In this document: piece after piece, positions 9,592-19,293 of the stretch
How the letters are laid out: every line of letters begins with the position of its first letter
How positions within the stretch are numbered: the first letter of the stretch is position 1
DNA from: Candidatus Aenigmatarchaeota archaeon
GTDB taxonomy: Archaea; Aenigmatarchaeota; Aenigmatarchaeia; PWEA01; JACQIF01
Reading direction: 5' to 3'
Length of the DNA: 64,000 nt
Assembly: GCA_016432325.1 (NCBI GenBank)
Contig: CP066684.1
Location: 810,770 to 874,769 of the forward strand
Made by a program: the position numbers and the translations under genes
The notes under the pieces: generated by a model
What the model was told of the DNA's origin: nothing
The model's input: the letters and a program-made list of their open reading frames with translations, nothing else
Database searches by the model: none

Positions 9592-10455
9592 ATGCTATTG
9601 GACTTTGTCGTTGATGGCCATGGCAAAACCAAGATCTTTGTCGAACGGCTTGAAACGCTTTTTGGTGCGACGTTTGTGGCGGCGTCACCGAACCACCCGC
9701 TGAGCCATGGAAAGCCTCTGGGAAGTTTTACCGGAGCATACGCGGCCAATCCCGTCAACAACGAGAAAATTCCTGTTTGGGTTGCGGCGTATGTCAGAGA
9801 CGGAGCCGTCGCGGCCGTTCCCGCTCACAGCCAAGCGGACTATGTGTTTGCAAAGGAACACGGACTACCCATCAGAACAGTAATCGAACCGCTAACAGGC
9901 GAGCCTCAGCAAAATCCCGAACTCCGACGCAGTATAGTCGCGCTTGTTGCAAATCCGCAGACAAACCAAATCCTCTCCATTAACTGGGGGCCGCAGGCCG
10001 GAGGCAATCTTCTCATAGGAGGCGGCCGCGAAGAAAATGAAGATCCCGTTGAGTGCGCTAAACGGGAGATAGCCGAAGAGACAGGGTATAGAGACGTGAC
10101 GTTGGTCGCACAGTCCGAGCGCATCCACCACCGCTACTTTGCGCACTCGAAGAACAAGGCTCGCCAGATAGAAGCGATCGGCCTTTTCTTCAATCTGCAG
10201 AGCAACGAAAGGATAAATCCAAAACTAGAGGCAGACGAAGTTGGCAGGTTTAAAGTCGAATGGCTTTCCGAACCCGATGCGGCGGAACGGATCAGAGACG
10301 AACTCCATCGTTACGTGTTCGCCAAATTCATCAGGGACGAAGTTCACAGCGGCGAAGGCATCCTCATTAACTCCGGCAATTATAGCGGTATGAATTCGAG
10401 ACAAGCCTGCGAACAGATGACGAAGGACTTCGTAACCCAGATCGAACAGCGTTGA
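9592..10455 (+). CDS. Stand-alone bacterial-type LeuRS CP1 editing domain with embedded NUDIX hydrolase
   Basis: ETLFGATF, FTGAYAANPVNNEKIPVW, AVPAHSQAD, GEGILINSG (CP1); Nudix box GGREENEDPVECAKREIAEETG. Confidence 0.8.
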   Translation: MLLDFVVDGHGKTKIFVERLETLFGATFVAASPNHPLSHGKPLGSFTGAYAANPVNNEKIPVWVAAYVRDGAVAAVPAHSQADYVFAKEHGLPIRTVIEPLTGEPQQNPELRRSIVALVANPQTNQILSINWGPQAGGNLLIGGGREENEDPVECAKREIAEETGYRDVTLVAQSERIHHRYFAHSKNKARQIEAIGLFFNLQSNERINPKLEADEVGRFKVEWLSEPDAAERIRDELHRYVFAKFIRDEVHSGEGILINSGNYSGMNSRQACEQMTKDFVTQIEQR

Positions 10456-10493
10456 GTAAAACGTTATTTATTCTGGACGCGCGCACGTAAAAC

Positions 10494-12146
10494 ATGCGCA
10501 AGGGAGTCTCGGCGTTGATAGTGTCCATATTCCTGGTTATCGTGACCGTTGCGCTCACATACGCGTTCCTCGCATGGTCGCAGAGCACGCAGCAGGAGAT
10601 TCAGGAACGGGTCGGCGAAGGAGGCGAGCGCCAGACCGGTTCGTTAAGCGCAGGCCTCGCCGTCGTCGCAGTCGCAGACAACCAAATCTCGATAAAGAAT
10701 ACCGGCAGGAACGTCGTCGAGACGTCAAAGATAGACATTCTTATTGACGGCAAGAGGGCGGCGAGCGTCCCGGACCGCGCGAGCATAGGGCCGGGTCAGG
10801 TGGCTGTCGTGAACGTAACGAACTTCGTGCCCGGCGTGCGCAAGGTGCGCGTCTCCGGACCGCTTGGCACGTCTGACGAAACGCAGGAGCCGCTCCTGTA
10901 TCCGGGCACTGTCGCCTTCTACGACTTTTTGCCAGAAGACGAAGCGAGAGTCAAAGACAGCGCCGCAGGACACAACGACGGCGCGCTTAACGGGACGACT
11001 GAGCTTGCACTGCATTTCGATGAGAGCCGCGGAGACCTCGCACAGGACGCGAGCGTGAACGCTAACGACGGGATTCTGAAGAACGGAGCAACGTGGACGT
11101 CGGGCGTGAGCCGCAGCGGCGTGAAGTTAGACGGTTCCAACGACTTTGTGGAGGTTTCACACTCCACATCACTCAACGCAGTCAACGCATGGACGCTCGA
11201 AGCGTGGGTCAACGCCGACGCTTTTGCAAGCGAGTCTTACATAATATCCAAGCAAGCCGCTGGGAGCGTACAGACACCTTACGGCATGGCAATCAAAGGC
11301 AGCGGCGGAACCCTGACGGCATGGTACTACGATTCGGCATGGCGGGAAGTGCCCTATAGCTTTGCTTTCCAGCCCGGCGTTTGGTATCATGTCGCGGCGA
11401 CCTTCGACGGCACGTCGATCCGCGTATACCTGAACGGAGAACAAAAAGCTACAGGAGCGTCAGGCGGTTCGCCTCCGAGCACAACAGCCCCTGTTTCCCT
11501 TGGGTGGTCTGGCGGATATGCCGATGCGGCGCATGCTTGGAAAGGCACAATAGACGAAGTGGCAATCCACACACGTGCGCTCTCGCCTCAAGATGTCAAA
11601 AAACGTTTCGACGCCAAGCGCGTTCTCTTCTCCGATTACGTTGACGGACCATTGAACTCGGCGCTGAATCTCGACGGGCGTTCGCATGTGCGCGTCCCGG
11701 ATTCGCAGGCGCTTGACATATTCTCCACCATAACCATGGAAGCGTGGGTGAGCCCCAAACAGTCGTCGGGCCAGCAAACCGTGCTCTGGAAGGAAGGCGC
11801 GTACGCTCTGTGGATCGACTCGGCGAACAGGATAACGGCCCGCGTCTGGCCTCAGGGAAGCAGCGCCGCGCAGATAACATCTGACGTAGCGTTAGGCGCG
11901 AACTCCTGGAGCCACGTTGTCGCGACAGCCGACGGAGAGACTCTCGAGATATACGTCAACGGCGCGCTCGTCAAGTCAGGCACCTACGCTGGGCAGATAC
12001 AGCCCACGGAAACCCCGCTGTTCGTGGGAGCAGCGGACGCATCTCTGACGAATCCCTTTAACGGCGCCATCGAATACGCGGCCATCTACAAGACCGCGCT
12101 CTCCGCAGACCAAATAAACGAGATATACGACGCCGGAAAGGCCTAA
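10494..12146 (+). CDS. Pilin/archaellin-like surface protein with two LamG (ConA-like) domains
   Basis: Class III signal MRKG/VSALIV plus hydrophobic helix; WTLEAWV..WYHVAATFDG..GTIDEV repeated. Confidence 0.85.
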   Translation: MRKGVSALIVSIFLVIVTVALTYAFLAWSQSTQQEIQERVGEGGERQTGSLSAGLAVVAVADNQISIKNTGRNVVETSKIDILIDGKRAASVPDRASIGPGQVAVVNVTNFVPGVRKVRVSGPLGTSDETQEPLLYPGTVAFYDFLPEDEARVKDSAAGHNDGALNGTTELALHFDESRGDLAQDASVNANDGILKNGATWTSGVSRSGVKLDGSNDFVEVSHSTSLNAVNAWTLEAWVNADAFASESYIISKQAAGSVQTPYGMAIKGSGGTLTAWYYDSAWREVPYSFAFQPGVWYHVAATFDGTSIRVYLNGEQKATGASGGSPPSTTAPVSLGWSGGYADAAHAWKGTIDEVAIHTRALSPQDVKKRFDAKRVLFSDYVDGPLNSALNLDGRSHVRVPDSQALDIFSTITMEAWVSPKQSSGQQTVLWKEGAYALWIDSANRITARVWPQGSSAAQITSDVALGANSWSHVVATADGETLEIYVNGALVKSGTYAGQIQPTETPLFVGAADASLTNPFNGAIEYAAIYKTALSADQINEIYDAGKA

Positions 12147-12238
12147 GGGACGATTGCGAGGCTCTTCAGGAGGAAGTAGAATATGACAAGTCCTAGAATA
12201 ATCATCATCACTGTTAGCTGGTCGATTTTGAATTCCAT
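12143..12238 (-). CDS. 31-aa single-TM microprotein (MEFKIDQLTVMMIILGLVIFYFLLKSLAIVP)
   Basis: Not in the ORF track. TAATG overlap with the upstream ORF; one hydrophobic helix. Confidence 0.55.
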   Translation of the reverse strand: MEFKIDQLTVMMIILGLVIFYFLLKSLAIVP

Positions 12239-12456
12239 TATCCCACCCTCTCTTCGAGGTCCTTAAGACGGGGTTCTATGACGAATTTCAGATAACCCAC
12301 AATATAAAAGGATAGCGCAGCTGTCAAGACGAGATATTTCTGCGGTTCGGTTAAGAAGCCAGTATAGAGTATCTGGTATATTATCCACAGGGTTGGCAGT
12401 ACGAGACTTGCATACCTCAGAAACCTCTCCCATCCATTTCTTGGCATGGATAGCAT
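12238..12456 (-). CDS. Small 2-TM membrane protein (AT-rich)
   Basis: Two hydrophobic segments; start taken at MLSMPRNG. Confidence 0.55.
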   Translation of the reverse strand: MLSMPRNGWERFLRYASLVLPTLWIIYQILYTGFLTEPQKYLVLTAALSFYIVGYLKFVIEPRLKDLEERVG

Positions 12457-12492
12457 GATTAGGCTTCTAATACTTAAAACAGGCACTACCAC

Positions 12493-12547
12493 TGTGTACG
12501 AGAAGCCGCGCTTCTCGACATGCCGGGAAGCGCCGTTCCCGTGCACA
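12493..12547. repeat. Hairpin module B upstream of fibrillarin
   Basis: TGTGTACG-hairpin-CGACATGCCGG-hairpin-CCGTGCACA; matches 40971-41023 and 51787-51838. Confidence 0.8.
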
Positions 12548-12560
12548 GGGGTAATGACGT

Positions 12561-13211
12561 ATGAAGCAGCTTTTTGACGGAGTCTACGAAAAGAATGGCA
12601 CGCTTCTCACGCTCAACGCGCGGCCGGGCCAGCGCGCCTATACGGAGAAACTCGTGAACGTCGGGAACAAGGAGTACAGAGAGTGGATTCCTTCCAAGTC
12701 GAAGCTCGGCGCGGCGATAAAAAACGGCCTGAAGACGTTTCCTTTCACGCGCGCTAGCGCCGTACTCTATCTCGGCTCTTCCACAGGCACGACGCCGTCC
12801 CACATCTCCGATATCGTCACGGACGGGACTGTTTTCTGCGTTGAATTCGCGGAGCGCGTCATGCGCGAATTCCTGCATTTGGCCGAGCAGCGCAAGAACC
12901 TGGTCCCGATTCTGGCCGACGCCCGCAAGCCTCAGGACTATGCGTGGGTCGGTTCCGTGGACGTCGTCTACGAGGACGTGGCGCAGCCGGACCTTGTGGA
13001 GATAGGAATCAGAAACGCCGAACGTTTCCTGAAGGACGGCGGTTGCCTGATGGTAGCGATAAAGTCGCAGAGCATCGACGTCACCGAAAAGCCGGGCGTT
13101 ACGTACAAGGCGTGCGAACGCAAGCTGAGGGACGCAGGCTACAAGGTCGTTGAGACGATTATTCTGGAGCCGTACGAGAAGGACCATGCGATGATTGTGG
13201 CGAGGAAATGA
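12561..13211 (+). CDS. flpA: Fibrillarin-like rRNA/tRNA 2'-O-methyltransferase
   Basis: YREWIPSKSKLGAAI, VLYLGSSTGTTPSHISD, DVAQP, LEPYEKDH. Confidence 0.95.
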   Translation: MKQLFDGVYEKNGTLLTLNARPGQRAYTEKLVNVGNKEYREWIPSKSKLGAAIKNGLKTFPFTRASAVLYLGSSTGTTPSHISDIVTDGTVFCVEFAERVMREFLHLAEQRKNLVPILADARKPQDYAWVGSVDVVYEDVAQPDLVEIGIRNAERFLKDGGCLMVAIKSQSIDVTEKPGVTYKACERKLRDAGYKVVETIILEPYEKDHAMIVARK

Positions 13212-13212
13212 T

Positions 13213-13318
13213 TGGTAGCGGGGGCACGATTTGAACGTGCGACCTCAGGGTTATGAGCCTTTAGCCAGCGTGCAAGAAGCACGTTGTCTGCGAGCACTCC
13301 AGGCTGCTCCACCCCGCT
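13213..13318 (-). tRNA. tRNA-Met(CAT) initiator with 28-nt intron at 29/30 (13260-13287)
   Basis: A1-U72 pair; anticodon stem CAGGG/CCCTG is restored after removing the intron; TTCAAAT T-loop; encoded CCA. Confidence 0.92.
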
Positions 13319-13341
13319 ATGAAGTAGACTGAGAAAATAGT

Positions 13342-13935
13342 CTATTTAACCGTGTCGAACGCCCGCATCTCTGAAATCTCCAGAGCCAGCTCCGTTGTCG
13401 GCGCGGCGTCGGCTTTCGCGGGGCGGAACTTTCTTACGGCCAGTCTGAGCGCTTCGTCAGGACCAGTGTAGCCGCCGAAGCGCAACTGCATCTCCATAAT
13501 CGGTTTGGCGGCCGGTGTGAACGGTATGCCGACGCTTTTCAGCGTGTGGTATATCTCATCGAGGGTTTTAGGTTCGATTTCTGTAGCGTTGTAAGATGGC
13601 CTGAAGCCTGTCGCGCCTCTCTTATTGTAGACGTCCCACTGGTGGAACTTGTACTCGTATGCCTTGTCGTGCAGCTCTCCGGGCATGCCCTCGTGCTTCT
13701 CGGCCCGCGGGTCTTTCTCCACGCATTCGATGGGCCCGTCTTCCGCGATGGATAATCTCTTCGCGCATTTGTAGACTTTGCTCTGCGATGCATCGAAGGC
13801 GCGGAGCCTGCGGCTGTTGGCTATGAAGGGAAGGCTCGGTCTCAGCTTCAGGCCATGGAACTCGTCTATCGTATCAAGAAGCGGGGTATCCAGAGGGTCA
13901 GCGATGTCTATCGGCTTGCGCGGACTGGTTGCCAT
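13342..13935 (-). CDS. Orphan hypothetical protein
   Basis: ~197-aa ORF filling the spacer, with a TATA-like AT tract upstream; no recognised motif. Confidence 0.65.
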   Translation of the reverse strand: MATSPRKPIDIADPLDTPLLDTIDEFHGLKLRPSLPFIANSRRLRAFDASQSKVYKCAKRLSIAEDGPIECVEKDPRAEKHEGMPGELHDKAYEYKFHQWDVYNKRGATGFRPSYNATEIEPKTLDEIYHTLKSVGIPFTPAAKPIMEMQLRFGGYTGPDEALRLAVRKFRPAKADAAPTTELALEISEMRAFDTVK

Positions 13936-14038
13936 GCGTTGCACCAGAACGGTTTAATACCCAAACGGATAAATAGCCTTCATGTTCGCCCGTTCGCGTC
14001 ATGGCTCCCGGAACGGGGATAATGGAACCCGCGGTTCC

Positions 14039-15157
14039 ATGTTTGCCAGTTACCAGTCGTGCTTTTCGTGCAAGGCCCGCTATCGCGCGAACGAGCGCGT
14101 CTTCCGCTGCGAGCGCTGCAAAGGCTCGCTCTTGCTCGTGTACGACAGGCTGCCGCAGAGGAAGGCCGTGCGTTCGAAGGCCTTCGCGCTGACGCGTCCT
14201 CACCATTGGAAATACTGGATGTTCTATCCTGTTAGGCGCGAGCGCGCCATTACGATGGAAGAGGGAGGCACGCCTTTGTTGCAGAGCAAGACGCACAACC
14301 TGTGGTTCAAATATGAGGGTGAAAACCCGACCGGTTCTTTCAAGGACAGGGGCTCTACAGTCGAGATAACGCATGCGAAGGAGTTGGGCGTCTCGCGCGT
14401 CCTGTGCGCTTCGACAGGCAACATGGGCGCGTCCGTTGCCGCGTACGCTTCACGCGCACACATGCAGGCCGAGATATGGCTACCGAAAGGCACGCCTCCT
14501 GTAAAGACGCGACAAATAAAGGCGTACGGCGGACGCGTGGTGCGCTACGGGCGCACGTACAACGAAACACTTGAGAAGACGTTCGAGCTTGCGAAGCGCG
14601 CATATCTTGCAGGCGATTACGCTTACAGACTCGAAGGACAGAAGTCTGTTGCGTTCGAGATTGCGGACCAGCTGAAATGGCGGGTGCCCGATTACGTGGT
14701 CGTCCCTGTCGGCATGGGCACTCTTGCCTTCGCCACGTACAAGGCGTTTGCGGAACTCGAAGCGCTCGGCTTGACGAGCAGGATGCCGCGGCTCGTTGCC
14801 GTGCAGGCTGCCGGCTGCGCACCTGTCGTTCAGGCGTTCGAAAAGAATTCGCACATGATAATACAAGTCAATAATCCGAGAACAATCGCGTCTGCAATCA
14901 ACTGCGGCTATCCGAACTATGGTCATGAGGTTCTGCGCGCGCTGCGCAAGACGAAGGGCTTAGCCGTGGCCGTTACTGACAAAGAAATCATTGCGGCGCA
15001 GCGCGCGCTTGGCAAGGAGGGAATTTTCGCCGAGCCCGGAGGCGCGGCTTCGTACGCCGGATTTTTGAAGGCGGGCTTGAAAGGCTCTGTGGTCTGCGTA
15101 GTAACGGGTTCTGGACTGAAGGATCCGTTTGCTGGCGCGAAGAGGCGATCAAAATGA
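14039..15157 (+). CDS. thrC: Threonine synthase
   Basis: NPTGSFKDR (PLP Lys), ASTGN, VPVGMG, N-terminal CxxC pairs. An alternative in-frame ATG at 13982 lies in a duplicated start. Confidence 0.9.
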   Translation: MFASYQSCFSCKARYRANERVFRCERCKGSLLLVYDRLPQRKAVRSKAFALTRPHHWKYWMFYPVRRERAITMEEGGTPLLQSKTHNLWFKYEGENPTGSFKDRGSTVEITHAKELGVSRVLCASTGNMGASVAAYASRAHMQAEIWLPKGTPPVKTRQIKAYGGRVVRYGRTYNETLEKTFELAKRAYLAGDYAYRLEGQKSVAFEIADQLKWRVPDYVVVPVGMGTLAFATYKAFAELEALGLTSRMPRLVAVQAAGCAPVVQAFEKNSHMIIQVNNPRTIASAINCGYPNYGHEVLRALRKTKGLAVAVTDKEIIAAQRALGKEGIFAEPGGAASYAGFLKAGLKGSVVCVVTGSGLKDPFAGAKRRSK

Positions 15158-15600
15158 GCCAGGAACACTCCGCAGGCGCGATAATCTTCAGAAACGAGAA
15201 CGGTCGGCGCGTCTATCTTCTTCTCCACTACATTTCAGGCCACTGGGACTATGTGAAAGGCCACATAGAGAAGGGCGAATCCCTGGAAGAGACTGTCAAA
15301 CGCGAAACGATGGAGGAGACGGGACTGAAAGACCTGCGGTTCGTGCACGGTTTCCAGCACAAGATACAGTACTTCTTCCGCCGTGGCCGGACCACTGTAA
15401 CGAAGGACGTTGTTTTCCTGTTGGCCGAGACGCAAACCGCACGCGTAGTCGTTTCAGAGGAGCACAAGGGCTACGACTGGCAGCCTTACGCACAGGCGCT
15501 GGAGAAAACCACTTTTGAAACTGCGAAATCCGTCCTGAGAAAGGCCGAGGAGTTCTTAAACGTGTACGGGAACCAGAAAGTTCCAGACAATATTCGTTAA
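15154..15600 (+). CDS. NUDIX hydrolase (Ap4A hydrolase-like)
   Basis: KGHIEKGESLEETVKRETMEETG; SEEH. Confidence 0.9.
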   Translation: MSQEHSAGAIIFRNENGRRVYLLLHYISGHWDYVKGHIEKGESLEETVKRETMEETGLKDLRFVHGFQHKIQYFFRRGRTTVTKDVVFLLAETQTARVVVSEEHKGYDWQPYAQALEKTTFETAKSVLRKAEEFLNVYGNQKVPDNIR

Positions 15601-15802
15601 ACCCACGTTTTAAGTTTACGGTTGCCGCGGTAAATCGTTCCACGTCAGAGAAACGTTTCCACAGGAAATATACCCATAAATTAATCGGCGATTGACGTAT
15701 ATAGGGTTTTAAATGGTCGTCCCCCAGTTTAGGCTGTTCGAATGCCGAAACATTTGAACTTTTCGAACACGGTTCGAAAATACCCACTAGGGTGAAAAAA
15801 CA

Positions 15803-16105
15803 ATGGCCATATTCGAGATAGGTGCATCGGCCGCGTCCACTGGTTTGAACCTTGGACTCGTGTTGCTGATCGTGCCGGTATTGGCCGAATGGGCGAAAGT
15901 CAGGAAGGGCTCTGAGAAGGCCTATGCCTGGATAGCCGCAGGAGGAGTATCGTTCATACTCGCTTCGGCTTTCGGGGCTTCGGGAACTCTGAGCACATAT
16001 GCGGCCAGCGCAGCGTCGTCTGGCTGGCTCCTGTTTGACGCCGTCGGCTTCATATTGGTGCTGGTTGGCGCTCTGATGGCGTTATACAACTCCGTGAGCG
16101 GCTGA
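15803..16105 (+). CDS. Small 3-TM membrane protein
   Basis: GGGTGA RBS; three hydrophobic helices. Confidence 0.7.
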   Translation: MAIFEIGASAASTGLNLGLVLLIVPVLAEWAKVRKGSEKAYAWIAAGGVSFILASAFGASGTLSTYAASAASSGWLLFDAVGFILVLVGALMALYNSVSG

Positions 16106-16214
16106 AACTTTTGAACATGCCGCGACACAAAACGCCGCGTTTTTCTTTGCTTCTCCATTTTTAACTGCCAATAGACGTACGTCTGCGCGACTTTATGGAA
16201 AGCTTTGAGAAAAA

Positions 16215-16382
16215 CTACTTCACGGACACCTTCATCAACGTGCGGTTTATCTTGCCGCACTTCTTGCAGAATATCTCCGTGCTGTAGGAGCCGTCGCCCG
16301 AAGGGCCGAGCTTCATGCCAGGAATGAGCACTTCGAGCTTCGTTTCGCCCGAACCGCATCTCTTGCAAACGAGGTTCTCCAT
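16215..16382 (-). CDS. 55-aa zinc-ribbon protein (CKRC...CKKC)
   Basis: Not in the ORF track. MENLVCKRCG...FCKKCGK. Confidence 0.65.
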   Translation of the reverse strand: MENLVCKRCGSGETKLEVLIPGMKLGPSGDGSYSTEIFCKKCGKINRTLMKVSVK

Positions 16383-16457
16383 CTCTAGTATCACAATAAC
16401 ACCCTGTCTCTTCTAAGGAAAGAGAGGTATATAAAGCTTTTCAGACCCATTAGAACC

Positions 16458-17021
16458 ATGCAAAAGGCGTATTTCAAAGGCTTTGGGCTGGAGATATTTG
16501 ACACGGTTTACGCGCCACGGGAAGATACGGAACTGCTTCTTGACATTCTTGACGTCAAGCGTGGCGAGCGCGTGCTGGAGATAGGAATCGGTTCTGGCGT
16601 CGTTTCCATCGCGGCGGCCAAACGAGGCGCAGATGTGACGGGCGCGGACATAAATCCGGAAGCCGTCAGGTGCGCCGAGAGGAACGCAGAGACGAACAAC
16701 GTCCGCGCCACGTTTTTGCAGAGCGACCTTTTCGCGAACGTCAGCGGAACATACGATGCAGTGCTGTTCAACGCTCCTTATTTGCCTGTTGCAGAAGACC
16801 CAATCTGGTCCGCGGGCGAGAATCTGGAGGTTTTGGAGAGGTTCGCGCAGGGATTGGGCAAACATCTGAGACCGGAAGGACGTGCGTTGGTCGTAATATC
16901 ATCCTTGACAGGCATTGAGAAGGTCAAGAAGATGTTTGAGAAGAACGGATTCGCAGTTTCAATGGCAGGCGAAAGGAAGGTTCCAGGAGAGACGCTGTAC
17001 GGCTTAAGAATAGAAACCTAA
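16458..17021 (+). CDS. HemK2/Mtq2-like glutamine methyltransferase
   Basis: VYAPREDT, LEIGIGSG, FNAPY (NPPY variant). Confidence 0.9.
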   Translation: MQKAYFKGFGLEIFDTVYAPREDTELLLDILDVKRGERVLEIGIGSGVVSIAAAKRGADVTGADINPEAVRCAERNAETNNVRATFLQSDLFANVSGTYDAVLFNAPYLPVAEDPIWSAGENLEVLERFAQGLGKHLRPEGRALVVISSLTGIEKVKKMFEKNGFAVSMAGERKVPGETLYGLRIET

Positions 17022-17812
17022 TTCTCTCCAGGCAGACGTTTGGTCATTTCCAGAGTGTTTACTATACCGTCCAGCTCCTTTTCCACGTTATCCGTCAGCT
17101 GGTTGAGGCGCGATATTGAAACCTCATCGTATACGCCTACGTATCCCATCATCTGCTCGTCGAGTATCTTATCGAGCAGCTCGCTGAGATCGTTGTACAG
17201 GTCCATCTTTTCCGCTGTTTTGGCGTCTCTGGAGCTCTTCTCCACGACGCGCTTCATGTCAACTATCTCAAATTGCACGTGGAGAACTATGGCCGAGAAC
17301 CCGGATTCCAATCGCGACATCCTATCCAGTTCGTTGACCGTTTGCGCGGTCTCCCAGTCGGCTATCATTTGGTCCAGCTTGCCTAACTCCCGATCGTAAT
17401 TATTCACAAACGCGCCCAGCCCCGGCACTTCTTCCCGCAGGGGATGCAGCAGAAGACGTTCCTTATAGTTGGCCAGCATATCTCTGCGAGTCTTTCTCAA
17501 CCCGACGGAGAAATGCTTCATCCCGTTTGCGAACGCGTGGAGTATCTTGGACAGCGGGTCCAGCCGTTCAAAACGCATCCTTTCCGCCTCGTCGGCAAGC
17601 GCGTTCTCCCGCAACAGATCTCTTATCTCAGTGATAACGACCCTGTAGAGCTTGTTGAGTTCATCCGAATGCTTGGCATACATGTCAAGATTGTGGGACT
17701 CGACGTCTTTGGACAGTTCGTAAAGCAGGACTCTGAGCTCGTCGTTCTTCTTGTGCATCTTCTGCAGGATAGACGCGGCTCGCTCATCCATTGTCTTATG
17801 CAGGATTCCCAT
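17018..17812 (-). CDS. Orphan alpha-helical/coiled-coil protein
   Basis: 264-aa ORF with heptad-like charge pattern. Confidence 0.65.
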   Translation of the reverse strand: MGILHKTMDERAASILQKMHKKNDELRVLLYELSKDVESHNLDMYAKHSDELNKLYRVVITEIRDLLRENALADEAERMRFERLDPLSKILHAFANGMKHFSVGLRKTRRDMLANYKERLLLHPLREEVPGLGAFVNNYDRELGKLDQMIADWETAQTVNELDRMSRLESGFSAIVLHVQFEIVDMKRVVEKSSRDAKTAEKMDLYNDLSELLDKILDEQMMGYVGVYDEVSISRLNQLTDNVEKELDGIVNTLEMTKRLPGEN

Positions 17813-17894
17813 GCGCCTAATTCACAAGCGAAAGATATAAACCAGAGCCTCCGCTGTTCAAACAAAACAAAAGAAGAAAAAGAAAAACCCGCGC

Positions 17895-18539
17895 TCAGCG
17901 CCTTCTGCGACCCTTGTACTCGTCTTCGTAGCTCTTCGCGAGGTCTGCTACGACGTCCTTGAGTCCGAGGCCGAGCGCTATCGCCACGCCGAGACCGACC
18001 GCCGCTACCAAAATCAGCAGTATCTCGTCGACGATGAGCAATGGGATTCCTATCACCCGCAGAGCCACAGACAGGCCGAGGTACATCACCAGGAAGAAGA
18101 TGATCTTTCCTGTAAGCTTGGAATAGACCGTCCTCGAGCTGATGAGCTCCTCCTTGAAGTAGATTCCCACGGCATAAGCGACGAGCATGACGATGCCCGC
18201 TGCTATCATGTCCGGCAGGAAGCCTACGACTGTGCCCACGAACGCCGCCAGGGCTGCTATGCCCAGCACGTCCGCGGACGCCTGTATGAACACCAGATAG
18301 ACTACCCAGCGGACTATCATGTCCAGGAAGTGCGAAACGCTCACCTTGATGTGCGCTTCCTTCCTGAGTTCCTTGTCCACGCCTGCGCGCGTCAGGAGCT
18401 CGTAGGTCACCCTACCCAGGGCTCTGCCGATGATGTAACCCAGTGCCAGCAACACGACTGCTCCGGCCAGATTCGGGATGAATATCGCGAAACTGGTCCA
18501 AAGGTCGGTGGCAATGCCTACTAAAACATCGACTGCCAT
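17895..18539 (-). CDS. MscS-associated conserved TM-helix protein (CmpX-like)
   Basis: FIPNLAGA and FLPDMIAA repeats; IALGLGLKD. Confidence 0.8.
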   Translation of the reverse strand: MAVDVLVGIATDLWTSFAIFIPNLAGAVVLLALGYIIGRALGRVTYELLTRAGVDKELRKEAHIKVSVSHFLDMIVRWVVYLVFIQASADVLGIAALAAFVGTVVGFLPDMIAAGIVMLVAYAVGIYFKEELISSRTVYSKLTGKIIFFLVMYLGLSVALRVIGIPLLIVDEILLILVAAVGLGVAIALGLGLKDVVADLAKSYEDEYKGRRRR

Positions 18540-18658
18540 AGGCTACGTGCGCAGGAGGGGTTATTAAAGCTTTCTGCGCGAGGCGCGGAAAGTTAAGAAC
18601 GGATGTTTTTGAGCTTTCTGACTGACGTGCGTTGTGGCCAGAGGTTCAAAGTCATTGT

Positions 18659-18844
18659 TGGTGGGCCCGCTGTGATTTTCTCATACGCCGGAAGGCGTAC
18701 TTTCCCTAAAGGCTTTTGGACGGAAATGTCCAAAAGGCTTTGAACACAGGTTTCCAACATGTTAGCTCGTTCTTCATCTTCGCTTCAGAAGCTTAGAGAC
18801 GAGTCCCCAAGCTGGAGTCCTAAACCAAGCTAGACTACGGGCCC
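18659..18844 (-). tRNA. tRNA-Pro(GGG) with introns at 37/38 (18760-18804, 45 nt) and 59/60 (18676-18738, 63 nt)
   Basis: 78-nt cloverleaf after removal; BHB helix TTGG/CTAA for the canonical intron; CCA encoded. Confidence 0.9.
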
Positions 18845-18902
18845 AGTGGGAATAACGCCACAGACCAACCATTTATACTTGTTTACCAGAACGTGCCTTC
18901 GA

Positions 18903-18959
18903 GGGCAGGTAGTCGTAGCACGCTTTTGCGAAAAGCGTGGGCAAAACGACGCCACCTAT
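18903..18959 (+). repeat. Duplicated tRNA-Ala 5' end (GGGCAGGTAGTC) plus hairpin module D
   Basis: 12-bp direct repeat of 18960-18971, followed by CACGCTTTT-gcg-AAAAGCGTGGGCAAAAC. Confidence 0.8.
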
Positions 18960-19151
18960 GGGCAGGTAGTCTAGACAGCACACTTTAAAAAAAGTGTGGG
19001 CAAAACACAAATTGCCAGCTGGGAAAACGGAATGACGTCACGTTCGCAACGTGAAGGTCGCGGGTTCAAACCGGGCTTTCTTCCAAAGAAAGCACGGGTG
19101 CAAAGAAGGTAAGCCTTCCGGCACTCAACGGAAATCCCGCCCTGTCCACCA
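18960..19151 (+). tRNA. tRNA-Ala(CGC) with introns at ~15/16 (18975-19027, 53 nt) and 59/60 (19071-19134, 64 nt)
   Basis: G3.U70 acceptor GGGCAGG/CCTGTCC; TCACG-TTCGCAA-CGTGA anticodon arm; 75 nt after removal. Confidence 0.9.
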
Positions 19152-19183
19152 TTTTTATACTTTACACTCTGTACGTTCCTTGC

Positions 19184-19293
19184 GGACCCGTAGCTCAGGT
19201 GGTTAGAGCGCTGCTCTGATAGTTGGACATCGATACGTTGATGTCCTTTTGGTCAGGCAGAGGCCCGGAGTTCAAATCTCCGCGGGTCCACCA
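19184..19293 (+). tRNA. tRNA-Ile(GAT) with 33-nt intron at 37/38 (19222-19254)
   Basis: Standard cloverleaf; relaxed BHB helix CTGA/TTGG. Confidence 0.93.
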
